From contig JBAZBY010000001.1 in NCBI GenBank assembly GCA_041671225.1, positions 302,940-366,939 of the forward strand: a stretch of 64,000 nt of DNA, written 5' to 3'. The notes beneath the pieces are model-generated. The model searched no databases and had not been told where the DNA came from. It was given only the letters and a program-made list of their open reading frames with translations. The position numbers and the translations under genes are program-made. This stretch comes from Patescibacteria group bacterium. GTDB taxonomy: Bacteria > Patescibacteriota > Patescibacteriia > JBAZBY01. Shown one piece after another: positions 1-10,188 of the stretch. How positions within the stretch are numbered: position 1 is the stretch's first letter; every line of letters starts with the position of its first letter.

Positions 1-1707
1 ACGCGCAATCCCGGCTCCTCTTTTAAGCCGTTTGTCTATGCAGCAGCATTTGCGCGCGGCTATACGCCAGAAACCACACTTTTTGATCTTGTCACAAACT
101 TCGGTGCCGATGGCTCTGGTAAGATATACGAACCAAAAAACTATGACCTTTCAGAGCATGGTCCGATTTCTATGCGTCAGGCACTTGCGGGTTCATTGAA
201 CATCCCAGCTGTAAAGGCGCTCTATCTTGCAGGGATTCCAAACACGCTCGATCTCGCGGAGCGCGCGGGCTACACAACGCTCGGTGATCGTGATAATTAT
301 GGGCTCGCATTGGCACTCGGTGGGGGAGGGGTTCAGCTCCTTGAGCATGTATCCGCATTTTCTTCTTTTATCAATGATGGAGGTCGCCAGCCGGTACAAA
401 CCATTCTCAAAATAGAAGACCCGAAAGGGAAGATCCTTAAAGAATACACAGAACAAGAGAATATCGAGGTGATGAGTAAAGAGGTCGCACACACGGTTGC
501 CTCAATTTTATCGGACAATAATGCACGCGCGTTTATCTTTGGGGGAAGCAATCATCTCACCCTGGGTGGTCGCCCGGTTGGCGCAAAAACAGGCACCACA
601 AATGACTTCCGTGATGCGTGGACCATCGGCTTTACCCCGTCTCTTGCTGCCGGTGTATGGGTCGGCAACAATGATAATTCAGAGATGGGACGCGGCGCTG
701 ACGGATCCATTGTGGCTGCGCCCATCTGGAACAGCTTTATGCGCACCGCGCTCGAGGGAACGGATTTTGAATCATTCCCTTCTCCGCCGCGCACCCCGGA
801 TAATCTGAAGCCGATCCTCTCGGGGAGTATTTCTGGCGCAGAGCCGGTAAAAGTGGACACAGTGACAAAAAAACGCATACCGGAAGCATGCCTGAATGAT
901 TGGCCAGAGAATTTTGTTTCCACCATTGAAGTGAGCGAGGCACACACCATCCTTTACTACGTTAATAAAGAGGATCCCCGTGGTGATCCACCGAGCGATC
1001 CCGCAAAAGACCCACAATACAATAGGTGGGAAGAACCAGTGCGCGCATGGGCGGAAAAGAACGGTTATGTGGCCACTCTCCCAGACGAGGAATCCTGCGA
1101 CCTGCGCTCAAGCGATGCAGTGCCACAAATCGACATCACCTCACCAAAGAAAAATACCACTCTTGAACCAGGTGATATTGATGTGAATGCCACTATCTCA
1201 ACACAACACGGAATCAAATCCGTATCACTCTATCTTGATGATGTTGTTGTAGATGAACAAAAGCCAAAAATACAAAAAGATTCTACCCTCAAGGTCGTCT
1301 TATCATTTGATGCATCAAAAACACCTTCCGGATTCCACACGCTTCGTGTTGAGGGAAATGACATTTATGATAATGTGGCGTCCTCAAGCGTTTTAATAAA
1401 TATTCTTGACGCAAGCGGCGTCGCACTCTACTTTACCTCACCACAAAATGACATCACTGTTGATGCCGCTGACTTTCCATTTTCTGTTAGTGGATTTGCT
1501 TCTGCACCTAACACAATTGAAAAAGTTGAACTCCTCTACCGCGTGGCGGGTAAGGACACCATCCTCGCAACCGCTCTCGCACCAAAGAAAAACGACCTTA
1601 CGTTGGTTTGGAAAACAAAGCCCACGTCTGATGGGGACCTCTTTTTGAAAATCACAACAAAAGAAGGAGTATCACTCTCCGACTTCATCACTGTCACGGT
1701 CAAGTGA
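1..1707 (+). CDS. Class A penicillin-binding protein (PBP1A family), 5'-truncated at window edge; transpeptidase domain plus long C-terminal Ig-like extension
   Basis: Frame 1 is open from nt 1. SSFKPF (SxxK) at nt 16-33, SLN and KTGTTND motifs downstream. Track ORF 172..1707 is the in-frame continuation. Confidence 0.8.
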   Translation, partial: TRNPGSSFKPFVYAAAFARGYTPETTLFDLVTNFGADGSGKIYEPKNYDLSEHGPISMRQALAGSLNIPAVKALYLAGIPNTLDLAERAGYTTLGDRDNYGLALALGGGGVQLLEHVSAFSSFINDGGRQPVQTILKIEDPKGKILKEYTEQENIEVMSKEVAHTVASILSDNNARAFIFGGSNHLTLGGRPVGAKTGTTNDFRDAWTIGFTPSLAAGVWVGNNDNSEMGRGADGSIVAAPIWNSFMRTALEGTDFESFPSPPRTPDNLKPILSGSISGAEPVKVDTVTKKRIPEACLNDWPENFVSTIEVSEAHTILYYVNKEDPRGDPPSDPAKDPQYNRWEEPVRAWAEKNGYVATLPDEESCDLRSSDAVPQIDITSPKKNTTLEPGDIDVNATISTQHGIKSVSLYLDDVVVDEQKPKIQKDSTLKVVLSFDASKTPSGFHTLRVEGNDIYDNVASSSVLINILDASGVALYFTSPQNDITVDAADFPFSVSGFASAPNTIEKVELLYRVAGKDTILATALAPKKNDLTLVWKTKPTSDGDLFLKITTKEGVSLSDFITVTVK

Positions 1708-2001
1708 TCCGAGACGATAGCTAAATCGGCGAATGTCTTCTTTTGGGTGTTTTTCTTGTACTTTTTTTAGAATCAAATCCGCATACAGGCGAAACTCCTG
1801 CGCTGCAGCCTGATTTTTTGTACACATAAAAATAACCCCGTGCTTATAACTTATGGGGCGCACGTTCTGTATAATGATCTTTGGAGTGTTTGTTGAAATC
1901 ACCTCCGCGCAGCTTTCGAGGATCATATTTGCAATATAATGATCATCAAGCCCATGTCGCTGTAATGATCTCCCAATGAGGTCCTTGAGGTCTTCGAGCA
2001 T
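1672..2001 (-). CDS. DUF721/DciA-like protein (putative helicase-loader-associated), immediately after dnaN
   Basis: Track ORF 1672..2088 trimmed to ATG at 2001, 1 nt after the dnaN stop. GVIFMCTKNQAAAQEF resembles the DUF721 motif G-L-V-x-SSAWAQEL. Position downstream of dnaA-dnaN is typical. Confidence 0.4.
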   Translation of the reverse strand: MLEDLKDLIGRSLQRHGLDDHYIANMILESCAEVISTNTPKIIIQNVRPISYKHGVIFMCTKNQAAAQEFRLYADLILKKVQEKHPKEDIRRFSYRLGSLDRDSDEVGE

Positions 2002-2002
2002 G

Positions 2003-3106
2003 CTACTGGCGAATTGGCATGACAAGATACCGATAATCCCCTTTGTCTGATTCCGTAAAAAGCCCCGGATTCTTTTGGTCGTTTGCAAGAAGGGTTATTG
2101 TGTCACTCTGAAAATTTGTTAAACCGTCAAGAAGGTAACGGTAATTAAAAACTAACTCAACGCCCCGCCCTGTCATTTCGCTTTCGATTTCTCCCGACTG
2201 TTCACCTACTTGTGTGTTTGCCGCGCGGAATAAGATTTTCTTGCTTTCTGGATTCAATTCAATCGTGAGGTCATTGATTCCTGGTTTAACAAAAAGACTT
2301 GCTGCCTTCACATTGTTTAAAAACTCCTGCCTTCCAAATGTTGCTGTTGTGGTACTTTCTTGCGGAATAATCTGCTGGTAGTCTGGGTATTGTCCTTCGA
2401 TAACGCGACTAACAAGCTCAAGGTCGTCCACAACAATACCAAACTGATTTTCCTCAAGAAATATTTCAACCATCTCGCTTGTGTCGCCAAGAATCCGCAA
2501 TATCTCTGAGAGTGTTTTTACGGGTAATATTGTTTTGTGTACGACATCCTTCCCTTCATCCAAAACCACGCGCCGCTCTGCGAGCCTATAGCTATCCGTT
2601 GCGGCTACAGTGAGAATGCCATTTTCAAAAACAAAATATATGCCAGATATCTCTGGGCGAGATTCATCGTTTGCAGCCGCAAAGATCGTTTGTTGTAATG
2701 CTTCCCGAAGCACCCCGGCTTTTATAGCAACCCGTTTTTCTTTGTTAATATTTGGAATAACTGGGAATTCATCGGCGGGAATACCCTTGATGATGCTTTC
2801 GTGTTTTCCTGCAGCAATATGCAGTGCGCCGTCTACAACCTCAATATCAACCTGTTCTTTGGGAAGTAAATTAATAAATTCCAAAAAGACACGCCCTTGG
2901 ATGGTGTATGTTCCTTCGCGTTCAACCTTTGCTCTGATTTTTTTTGTTATACCAACTTCGAGGTTTGTCGATGCGAGCGTTACAGATCCTTGTTCTGCGC
3001 GGAGAAGAATATTACTCAGAATTGGCAACGATAAATTTTTCCCCGTGAGGTGTCCCACGGCGTTTACCCCCCGAACAAGATTTTCCTGCGTACATGATAA
3101 CTTCAT
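2003..3106 (-). CDS. dnaN: DNA polymerase III beta sliding clamp
   Basis: 367-aa ORF with three-domain clamp architecture. Sits directly downstream of dnaA. Typical N-terminus MKLSCTQENL... Confidence 0.9.
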   Translation of the reverse strand: MKLSCTQENLVRGVNAVGHLTGKNLSLPILSNILLRAEQGSVTLASTNLEVGITKKIRAKVEREGTYTIQGRVFLEFINLLPKEQVDIEVVDGALHIAAGKHESIIKGIPADEFPVIPNINKEKRVAIKAGVLREALQQTIFAAANDESRPEISGIYFVFENGILTVAATDSYRLAERRVVLDEGKDVVHKTILPVKTLSEILRILGDTSEMVEIFLEENQFGIVVDDLELVSRVIEGQYPDYQQIIPQESTTTATFGRQEFLNNVKAASLFVKPGINDLTIELNPESKKILFRAANTQVGEQSGEIESEMTGRGVELVFNYRYLLDGLTNFQSDTITLLANDQKNPGLFTESDKGDYRYLVMPIRQ

Positions 3107-3370
3107 AAGGATATATATACTAATAGTGATAATAGAGGGAAGAAAATCTGTGGGTAAACATTTTCTCTTCTTTGTTTTCAGTACTTTTTCAGTGTTTGTG
3201 GTGTGGAGATCTTCATGAGAACTCTGTTCTTATTTGGCGTATAACCAGACGGATATCCCCATTTTCTGCCGCACTCTTTTTTGTGCACTTTTTATGAAGA
3301 GTTTATACACGACCTTCCTAACATACTTATACTCACCAAAGCCACATACTTACACACACAACATACACAC
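3107..3370. promoter_or_regulatory. dnaA-dnaN intergenic region with degenerate DnaA boxes (candidate oriC segment)
   Basis: tgtgggtaa 3149-3157 (8/9 to TGTGGATAA), tgtggagat 3202-3210, ttatacacg 3303-3311, AT-rich stretches. Confidence 0.3.
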
Positions 3371-4729
3371 CTATGCGTAGAGCCGTTGCAGAATAAGTTC
3401 TACATCGCTGCGAATTTTTTCGTCGGAATTAAGAGCGTTGGTTATTTTTGAATATGCGTGCATGGCCGTTGTGTGGTCGCGACCACCAAGTTCTTGTCCA
3501 ATAGCAGGGAATGAACTCTTTAATTCTTCTCGCAGTATATACATACCAATCTGTCTTGGCACCACAAGACCCTTTTTTCTGCTTTGCCCAATAAGGTCTT
3601 CACGAGCAACATCAAAAAAACTACATATTTCCTGAATGATCTGTTTTGGCGTGAGTGAACGACGCCTTGAACCATGGATAGTTCCCTCGAGAATTTGTTT
3701 TGTTCCCTCAAGAGAGGGTTCCGCGTTATGAATCTGATGATGAGCAACGACGCGGTTTAATGCACCTTCAAGTTCGCGTATATTGGATTGAATGTTTTCT
3801 CCTATGTAAGAAATAACTTCATCAGGAAGCAGTAAACCGCGCTCCTTTACCTTAGAACGGAGAATAGCAATACGCGTTTCAAGATCTGGGAGTGAAATAT
3901 CCGCAATCATTCCCCACTCAAAGCGCGAAAGGAGGCGATGTTCCAAGGAAGTAATGGATTTTGGTGGACGGTCAGAGCTTATAACGATCTGTTTGTTTTC
4001 TTGGTGGAGCGCATTAAATGTGTGGAAGAATTCTTCTTGCGTGCGTTCGCGTCCAGAAAGGAATTGGATATCATCAATCAGTAAAACATCGGCTGTTCGA
4101 TAGAGGGCTTTGAATTTTTCACCCCTTCCACTTGAAATTCCCTGAATAAAGTCATTTGTGAATTTTTCACTCGTAACATACACCACCTTTGCCCCAGGAC
4201 GCATTTCGAGAACCCTATTTCCAATGGCTTGCATAAGGTGAGTCTTTCCAAGACCCGTTCCTCCATAAAGGAAAAGGGGGTTGTAGGCCATACCGGGCTT
4301 TTCTGCCGCTGCCTGCGCCGCTGCCTGCGCTAATTCATTACCTTTTCCAACAACATATGCATCAAATGTGTATTGTGCATTAAGGCCGGTGTATTTACGG
4401 GCGGCATCTGAACCACTCTCCGTTGCTGCGTCTACAGCCTTAACAACAATATCACCAGCAGGACGTGCCTGTTGTTTTATATTTTGTAATACCTGATAAC
4501 GGATTTCTTGAACAGATCCATTAGAAATACGATCCAGCACTTTCTGGATTGAAGGATGGTATTTATTCTCCAACCACGTTTTTGTGAATGTGTTTGGAAC
4601 ACCTACGGTGATACGTCCTTCCTCAAAGGCCGTAATCGCTGTATTTTTGAACCATGTGGTGAAATTTGCCTTAGAAATGGTGAGTTCAAGCTCCCCCAAG
4701 GCGGCTTCCCACAACTGGTCATTAGTCAT
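3371..4729 (-). CDS. dnaA: Chromosomal replication initiator DnaA
   Basis: 452 aa with AAA+ Walker A GGTGLGKTHL, sensor motifs and a C-terminal DNA-binding domain. Divergent from rpmH-rnpA. Confidence 0.95.
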   Translation of the reverse strand: MTNDQLWEAALGELELTISKANFTTWFKNTAITAFEEGRITVGVPNTFTKTWLENKYHPSIQKVLDRISNGSVQEIRYQVLQNIKQQARPAGDIVVKAVDAATESGSDAARKYTGLNAQYTFDAYVVGKGNELAQAAAQAAAEKPGMAYNPLFLYGGTGLGKTHLMQAIGNRVLEMRPGAKVVYVTSEKFTNDFIQGISSGRGEKFKALYRTADVLLIDDIQFLSGRERTQEEFFHTFNALHQENKQIVISSDRPPKSITSLEHRLLSRFEWGMIADISLPDLETRIAILRSKVKERGLLLPDEVISYIGENIQSNIRELEGALNRVVAHHQIHNAEPSLEGTKQILEGTIHGSRRRSLTPKQIIQEICSFFDVAREDLIGQSRKKGLVVPRQIGMYILREELKSSFPAIGQELGGRDHTTAMHAYSKITNALNSDEKIRSDVELILQRLYA

Positions 4730-4928
4730 AGTTTAGCCAAAAACTAAGCTCTTTTCCTTTCCGCTAAAGGACTATAGCACAAACAAAACCCTTTAAAAAT
4801 AGGCACAAAAACAAATTTTGTGGAGAGCCTGGGGATTACATGGGGATAAGGGGGATAAGTTATTACGCGTCCATTGACCCCGGTTCCGCTCTTCTGTTAG
4901 ACTTCCGAAGCATCAGCGACCCATTTCC
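4730..4928. promoter_or_regulatory. dnaA upstream region with DnaA-box-like repeats
   Basis: tgtggagag 4819-4827. Tandem ggggataag(g) at 4842-4850 and 4852-4860 (reverse strand TTATCCCC). Confidence 0.3.
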
Positions 4929-5066
4929 ATGCCAAAACGAACGTACCAACCAAAAAAGCGACGCCGTGCTCGACGCCATGGCTATCTGAAGCGATCACGC
5001 ACGACCGCAGGAAAGCGCGTGCTTGCAAGTCGCCGACGGAAGAAACGCGCACGCGTTTCAGTTTAG
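4929..5066 (+). CDS. rpmH: 50S ribosomal protein L34 (45 aa, below ORF-track cutoff)
   Basis: Hand-translated: [45 protein letters not shown]. Immediately upstream of rnpA. Confidence 0.85.
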   Translation: MPKRTYQPKKRRRARRHGYLKRSRTTAGKRVLASRRRKKRARVSV

Positions 5067-5069
5067 CCT

Positions 5070-5411
5070 ATGCTTCCGCGCGCTCAGCGCATAACACAGC
5101 CAGGGGAGTTTCGACAACTCTACCGTTCTGGGAAGCGCGCAGGTTCATCATTGGTGACGATATATTTTCTCAAAGGTGAGAAAAAAACTCGCGCGGGGTT
5201 CGTTGTGAGCACAAAGGTGGCAAAGCAAAGCGTACACCGTAACCGCATGAAAAGGGTATTACGTGAGACATTTCGGGATGCAATAAAAGAAATGCCCACA
5301 GGTGATTATGCTATTGTTGTGAAGCCACGCGCACATGGACAAACAAGCAGTGTACTGCGCGAAGATTTTATTCGCATTCTCCAATCCATACAGAAAAGAT
5401 TTTCTTCATGA
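5070..5411 (+). CDS. rnpA: RNase P protein component
   Basis: 113-aa basic protein following rpmH. GFVVSTKVAKQSVHRNRMKRVLRE resembles the RnpA RNR-motif region. Confidence 0.85.
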   Translation: MLPRAQRITQPGEFRQLYRSGKRAGSSLVTIYFLKGEKKTRAGFVVSTKVAKQSVHRNRMKRVLRETFRDAIKEMPTGDYAIVVKPRAHGQTSSVLREDFIRILQSIQKRFSS

Positions 5412-5659
5412 AACGCACTCTCATTTTTCTCATCACGCTGTATCAACACACATTGTCGCCGGACCATGGTTTTGGTCGTGTGCTCGCGCCATATGCTGGG
5501 TGCCGTTTTCAGCCGACATGTTCGATGTATGCAAAAGATGCCATAAACCATTATGGTGTTTGGCAAGGGATACTATTAAGCATTAAACGTATCGGTCGCT
5601 GCCACCCGTTCACTCGTGGTGGGTATGACCCCATTCCAAAGGAAGCACACCATGGTTGA
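5408..5659 (+). CDS. yidD: Membrane protein insertion efficiency factor YidD
   Basis: 83 aa with conserved cysteines (PTCSMY... RCHPF). Lies between rnpA and yidC. Confidence 0.85.
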   Translation: MKRTLIFLITLYQHTLSPDHGFGRVLAPYAGCRFQPTCSMYAKDAINHYGVWQGILLSIKRIGRCHPFTRGGYDPIPKEAHHG

Positions 5660-6458
5660 ACTTTTTAATACGATTATTTATGAGCCGCTCTTTAATGCAT
5701 TGATTTGGCTCTATAACACTCTTCCTTTTCAGGATTTGGGTGTTGCGATAATTCTTTTAACGATAGCAATTAAACTTCTACTCTACCGGCCAACATATTC
5801 TTCCATTAAGGCGCAACGTGAACTGCAGGAAATTCAACCTAAACTTGATGCGCTTCGCGCAAAGTATAAAAACGAAAAAGAAAAACTTTCCCAAGAGCTC
5901 ATTAAGTTCTACAAACACAACAAAGTAAACCCTTTTTCTTCTTGTCTTCCATTACTTATTCAACTACCCATACTTTTTGCGCTTTATAGGGTATTTTTTG
6001 CGGGGATTCAATCAGATTCGGGAACGGGATTATTGGTGCAAGAACAAATTGACCACCTCTATCCTTCACTGCGGGCAATCTATGAAAGCACACCGATTCA
6101 CGCAACCTTTTTTGGGCTCATTGACCTTGCAAAGAACCATAATATTATCCTTGCGCTTCTCGCGGGGGGCTTTCAGTTCTTGCAATCTCGCATGCTTATT
6201 GCAAAAAGGCCGCCAAATATTGAAGGCGCAAAAGATGAGAACATGGCCGCACAGGTTAGTCGCTCCACCGCATATCTTTTTCCAGTGATCACTGTTTTCT
6301 TTGGGTATAATTTTCCTGCGGGGTTGGCGCTGTATTGGGTTGTGAGTACAATGTTTACCGTTGGGCAACAATACCTTATTTTCAAACAGCTCGACAAAAA
6401 GAAGAACGAAGAGCCCAAAGACCCTAATACTCCCATTGACGTTGAGGCCAAAGCATAA
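5652..6458 (+). CDS. yidC: Membrane protein insertase YidC (short form)
   Basis: ATG at 5652 with AAGGAAG 7 nt upstream (track ORF starts at 5616). Multi-TM protein in the canonical rnpA-yidD-yidC order. Confidence 0.85.
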   Translation: MVELFNTIIYEPLFNALIWLYNTLPFQDLGVAIILLTIAIKLLLYRPTYSSIKAQRELQEIQPKLDALRAKYKNEKEKLSQELIKFYKHNKVNPFSSCLPLLIQLPILFALYRVFFAGIQSDSGTGLLVQEQIDHLYPSLRAIYESTPIHATFFGLIDLAKNHNIILALLAGGFQFLQSRMLIAKRPPNIEGAKDENMAAQVSRSTAYLFPVITVFFGYNFPAGLALYWVVSTMFTVGQQYLIFKQLDKKKNEEPKDPNTPIDVEAKA

Positions 6459-6463
6459 GACGT

Positions 6464-6751
6464 ATGGCGGTCATCGACAAAAAACATCTTTTTTCACTGC
6501 CGGTAGAAACCGTTTCAGGAACACAACTTGGGAAGATCGTTGATATTGAGATCGATGTTGATACGCATGTTGTTCGCTGCTATTGTATTCGACGGCATGG
6601 TTTATCAAATCCACTCGCAGGAAGGACTAATACACTTCAAATACACCCACGCCAAGTACAAGCACTCACCGCTGAAAAGATGGTGGTAGATGATGCATCA
6701 ATCCCCGTTGGGAGCAGCGTGGCCACCGAGGCTCCATCCGCAAGCGCCTAG
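6464..6751 (+). CDS. PRC-barrel-like small protein (hypothetical)
   Basis: 95 aa. VETVSGTQLGKIVDIEIDVDTHVV resembles the PRC-barrel consensus. Confidence 0.35.
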   Translation: MAVIDKKHLFSLPVETVSGTQLGKIVDIEIDVDTHVVRCYCIRRHGLSNPLAGRTNTLQIHPRQVQALTAEKMVVDDASIPVGSSVATEAPSASA

Positions 6752-6752
6752 A

Positions 6753-7214
6753 TTATTTCTTGAGCAACGTCAGCATACGCTGACGTTGTTTTGCAAATAC
6801 CCAGAAGCGGAGATTCTCCTTCCCCCTATCAATGAGAATGTATTCAATGTTTTTTGGAGTGATACCCGCTACCCGCTCTGGCCACTCTATGATTGTCGCA
6901 GTATCTGGTCGACCCCAGGTATCAATAACATCAGTTGCGAGCAACTCCTCTGGTTTTTCTAGACGGTATGCGTCTATATGCACCACAGAACGAATGCGTT
7001 TGTGTTTTGTTGTGTATGATTTTGCGAGCGTAAATGTTGGACTCGTTACAGGTGATTGCACGCCAAGCGCATGAAGCAAACCCCGCACAAACACGGTTTT
7101 TCCGGCACCCAGCGCGCCCTGTAATCCAATAACCTCACCTCCCTGCAATGTGCGCGACATGCGAGCTCCAAGAATCTCCGTTTCTTCGGGGGAATGGGTT
7201 GTGATGTGTGACAT
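6753..7214 (-). CDS. tsaE: tRNA threonylcarbamoyladenosine biosynthesis protein TsaE (YjeE ATPase)
   Basis: 153 aa with Walker A GALGAGKT and the typical TsaE size. Confidence 0.8.
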   Translation of the reverse strand: MSHITTHSPEETEILGARMSRTLQGGEVIGLQGALGAGKTVFVRGLLHALGVQSPVTSPTFTLAKSYTTKHKRIRSVVHIDAYRLEKPEELLATDVIDTWGRPDTATIIEWPERVAGITPKNIEYILIDRGKENLRFWVFAKQRQRMLTLLKK

Positions 7215-7270
7215 AGGGAGAAAAGCGTTGACAGGGTACCCCTGCTTGGATATACTAGCGCATTACCTTT

Positions 7271-8422
7271 ATGAACGAAAAGGAGTATACAAACGCAATA
7301 CGAGAACTGGAGCAGAGCGACCGCATCGGTATCATTCTCCCAGAGAGTCCCAGTACAGACGCCATCGGTGCTGGAATAGGACTCTATCTTTTTTTGGAAA
7401 AGCGCGGCAAGCGCCCGCGTGTTATTGCACCCAAATTTGAACTGCCAAAGAATCACGCTTTTCTTCCGAGGGCGGATGTTATTTCTTCACACCTTGGCGG
7501 TGCAGAGGAATATCTTATCCAACTTGATGTAAGTAAAACGCAAGTTGATACATTATCGTATGATGTTGAGGGGAATAAGCTCAATATACGCATTAAACCA
7601 AAGAGTGGTAGTTTTCGCGAGCAGGATGTTCAGCACAAAGGATCTCAGTATAGTTTTGACACCATCATTACCTTAGATGCGGCAAACCTTGAATCATTGG
7701 GGAGTATCTTTGAGGAACACCCCAGCCTTTTTTATGGAACGCCACTTATTGTGTTTGGGCATGATCCAGAGAATGAACATTTTGGCCAGATAAATCTTGT
7801 GGATATTTCGGCAACAAGTATTTCAGAGATTGTTTATGAGCTTATCAATCGCTGGGAAGAAAAATTACTCGACGAGCACATCGCCACCAACCTTCTTACT
7901 GGCATTATTACGAAAACAAAGATTTTTCGTTCCTCGCAAGTGACCCCTCGCTCGCTTGCCATTGCATCATTACTTGTTGAGCAGGGGGCACGACGCGCAG
8001 ATATTGTAAAACATCTTTATCAGACAAAAACGATCCCCATGTTGAAGCTTTGGGGACGAGCACTTGCGCGCCTCCAAGAAGATTCACGGGGCTGGTTTGT
8101 TTGGACGGTGCTTACAAAAGGAGATTTTGAAAAGACCGGTGCAAAAGAGGAGGATATTTCCGGAGTGATTGATGAGCTTATTGTGAACACGCCAAAAGCA
8201 AAAGTGGTCGCCATTGTGTATGAATCAACAAGCGGAGTACAGGGTATTATTGCCAGCCACAAACAGATTAATAATACCGAACTTCTCGCACCTTTTGACC
8301 CCAAAGGTACGGGGGGTTTCACTCACGTGCGCTTTTTAGTAAAAGACGTTCGCGAGGCGGAAAAAACACTGCGCGAGCGGGTTACCACAGAACTTCAGCA
8401 ACTTTTTAGCAGCGGGGAATAA
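7271..8422 (+). CDS. DHH/DHHA1-family phosphoesterase (NrnA-like)
   Basis: 383 aa. N-terminal GIILPESPSTDAIGAGIGL and C-terminal GTGGFTHV (GGGH-like DHHA1 motif). DHH motif degenerate (GHD). Confidence 0.55.
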   Translation: MNEKEYTNAIRELEQSDRIGIILPESPSTDAIGAGIGLYLFLEKRGKRPRVIAPKFELPKNHAFLPRADVISSHLGGAEEYLIQLDVSKTQVDTLSYDVEGNKLNIRIKPKSGSFREQDVQHKGSQYSFDTIITLDAANLESLGSIFEEHPSLFYGTPLIVFGHDPENEHFGQINLVDISATSISEIVYELINRWEEKLLDEHIATNLLTGIITKTKIFRSSQVTPRSLAIASLLVEQGARRADIVKHLYQTKTIPMLKLWGRALARLQEDSRGWFVWTVLTKGDFEKTGAKEEDISGVIDELIVNTPKAKVVAIVYESTSGVQGIIASHKQINNTELLAPFDPKGTGGFTHVRFLVKDVREAEKTLRERVTTELQQLFSSGE

Positions 8423-8464
8423 ATTATATATAAGAGGGGCGCGGTATGGTATACTGCACGCGTT

Positions 8465-10165
8465 ATGGAAGATGAACAACAACGCGGCCATCTTGATATA
8501 TCCTCGGATGATACCGAGCAGCGTTTTCAGGAAAAAATGGGCGCTATTGATATCAAACAAAAAGAACAACTCGTTGCCTTGCACGCGGATGAGCTCGGCA
8601 TGTCCTATATCAATCTTCTGAACTTTCCCATTGAGCAGGAGACGCTCGTGCTTGTGCCAGAAACACTTGCCCGGGATCTTGAGATAATGCCGTTTTTGTA
8701 TAGCGGAAAGGAAATCCGTATTGGCGTGGTTGACCCAAGAAAGCCAGGCCTCGAAAAAGCACTTGAGGATATAAAGATACAAAATCGAGGGAATGTGCAG
8801 ACGTATCTCATTTCTCCACATTCTTTTGCGCATGCCATAAAGAATTATGAGCGCCTGCCAAAACGAAAAAAAGTTATCCGCGGCGTTGAGATTTCTTCGG
8901 AGAATATAACAAAGTATCGTACCAAAGTTCCATTACAGGATTTTGCTCTACGACTTCAAAATGCGCCAATTACAGAAATATTCACCATCATTCTTGCTGG
9001 AGCCATTGATGTGCGCGCATCAGACATACACATCGAACCAGGAGAGGGCGATGCGCAGATTCGTTATCGTATTGATGGTGTGTTGAAGGACGTGGCAACA
9101 TTACCAAAAGAACTTTGGCCGCGCGTGCTTTCACGCCTGAAGCTGCTTGCCAAACTCAAATTGAATATTTCTAGCCGCCCTCAAGATGGCCGCATAACGC
9201 TTTTTCTTGATAGCGATACCCTTGATGTTCGTGTTTCCACACTACCAACACAATATGGAGAAACCATCGTGATGCGTATTCTTCTTAGTTCTGCGGCGCA
9301 ACTCGACCTGGAAGATCTTGGACTCAGAGGGGATACTTTTGAACGACTCAAAAAGCAAATACATCGCCCGAACGGATTACTGGTAACAACAGGGCCAACT
9401 GGTTCGGGTAAAACAACCACTCTGTATGCGGCGCTGAATCGTATCAATACACATGAAACAAAGATTGTGACCCTTGAGGATCCAATTGAATATAAGCTGG
9501 GAGATATTTCACAGAGTCAGGTGGATCCCTCAAAAGATTATACGTTTGCAAAAGGATTGCGCTCCATTCTTCGTCAGGATCCGGATGTCATCATGGTTGG
9601 AGAAATTCGGGATTTAGAAACAGCTGAGATTGCCATTCAAGCGACGCTCACGGGCCACCTTGTCCTTTCGACCATTCACACAAATAGCGCCGCTGCAGGT
9701 ATCCCGCGATTTATCGCCATGGGCGTGAAGCCTTTTTTGCTTGCCCCTGCTTTAAACAGCATCATGTCTCAACGTCTTGTCCGCCGTGTGTGTCAGGAGT
9801 GCAAAGAGGAGGCGCCGCTCTCAATAGAAGATCTTCGTCGCGTGGAAGAAATTTTCAAGAATCTTCCAGACAATGTGGTGGGGTATTCTATTTCACCCAA
9901 GACACCAGAACCGAAGTTTTATAAAGGTAAGGGATGTGATGTGTGCGGTGGGTCTGGCTACAAGGGGCGTATTGGTATTTATGAATTGCTTGAGATGAAT
10001 GAAGAGATTGAGGAGATGGTGAGTGATGGCCACGTTGCAGAATCTCGCATTCATAAAAGCGCCGTCGCACACGGGATGATCACCATGGTGCAGGATGGGC
10101 TCCTCAAAGCGCTTGAAGGAATTACCACTATTGAAGAAGTGTTCCGCGTGGCTGCTGAAGATTAA
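8465..10165 (+). CDS. pilB: Type IV pilus assembly / type II secretion ATPase (GspE/PilB family)
   Basis: 566 aa with an N-terminal GSPII_E_N-like domain, Walker A GPTGSGKTTT and a C-terminal tetracysteine CQEC...CDVCGG. Confidence 0.85.
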   Translation: MEDEQQRGHLDISSDDTEQRFQEKMGAIDIKQKEQLVALHADELGMSYINLLNFPIEQETLVLVPETLARDLEIMPFLYSGKEIRIGVVDPRKPGLEKALEDIKIQNRGNVQTYLISPHSFAHAIKNYERLPKRKKVIRGVEISSENITKYRTKVPLQDFALRLQNAPITEIFTIILAGAIDVRASDIHIEPGEGDAQIRYRIDGVLKDVATLPKELWPRVLSRLKLLAKLKLNISSRPQDGRITLFLDSDTLDVRVSTLPTQYGETIVMRILLSSAAQLDLEDLGLRGDTFERLKKQIHRPNGLLVTTGPTGSGKTTTLYAALNRINTHETKIVTLEDPIEYKLGDISQSQVDPSKDYTFAKGLRSILRQDPDVIMVGEIRDLETAEIAIQATLTGHLVLSTIHTNSAAAGIPRFIAMGVKPFLLAPALNSIMSQRLVRRVCQECKEEAPLSIEDLRRVEEIFKNLPDNVVGYSISPKTPEPKFYKGKGCDVCGGSGYKGRIGIYELLEMNEEIEEMVSDGHVAESRIHKSAVAHGMITMVQDGLLKALEGITTIEEVFRVAAED

Positions 10166-10188
10166 GGAGCGTCGGAGTATGGAGGTTT

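Noticed and set aside
172-1017. Multiple short ORFs on both strands inside the PBP gene (170-358, 193-492, 552-950 and others)
   Set aside because: They are nested within a continuous, motif-rich PBP transpeptidase reading frame and are spurious overlaps.
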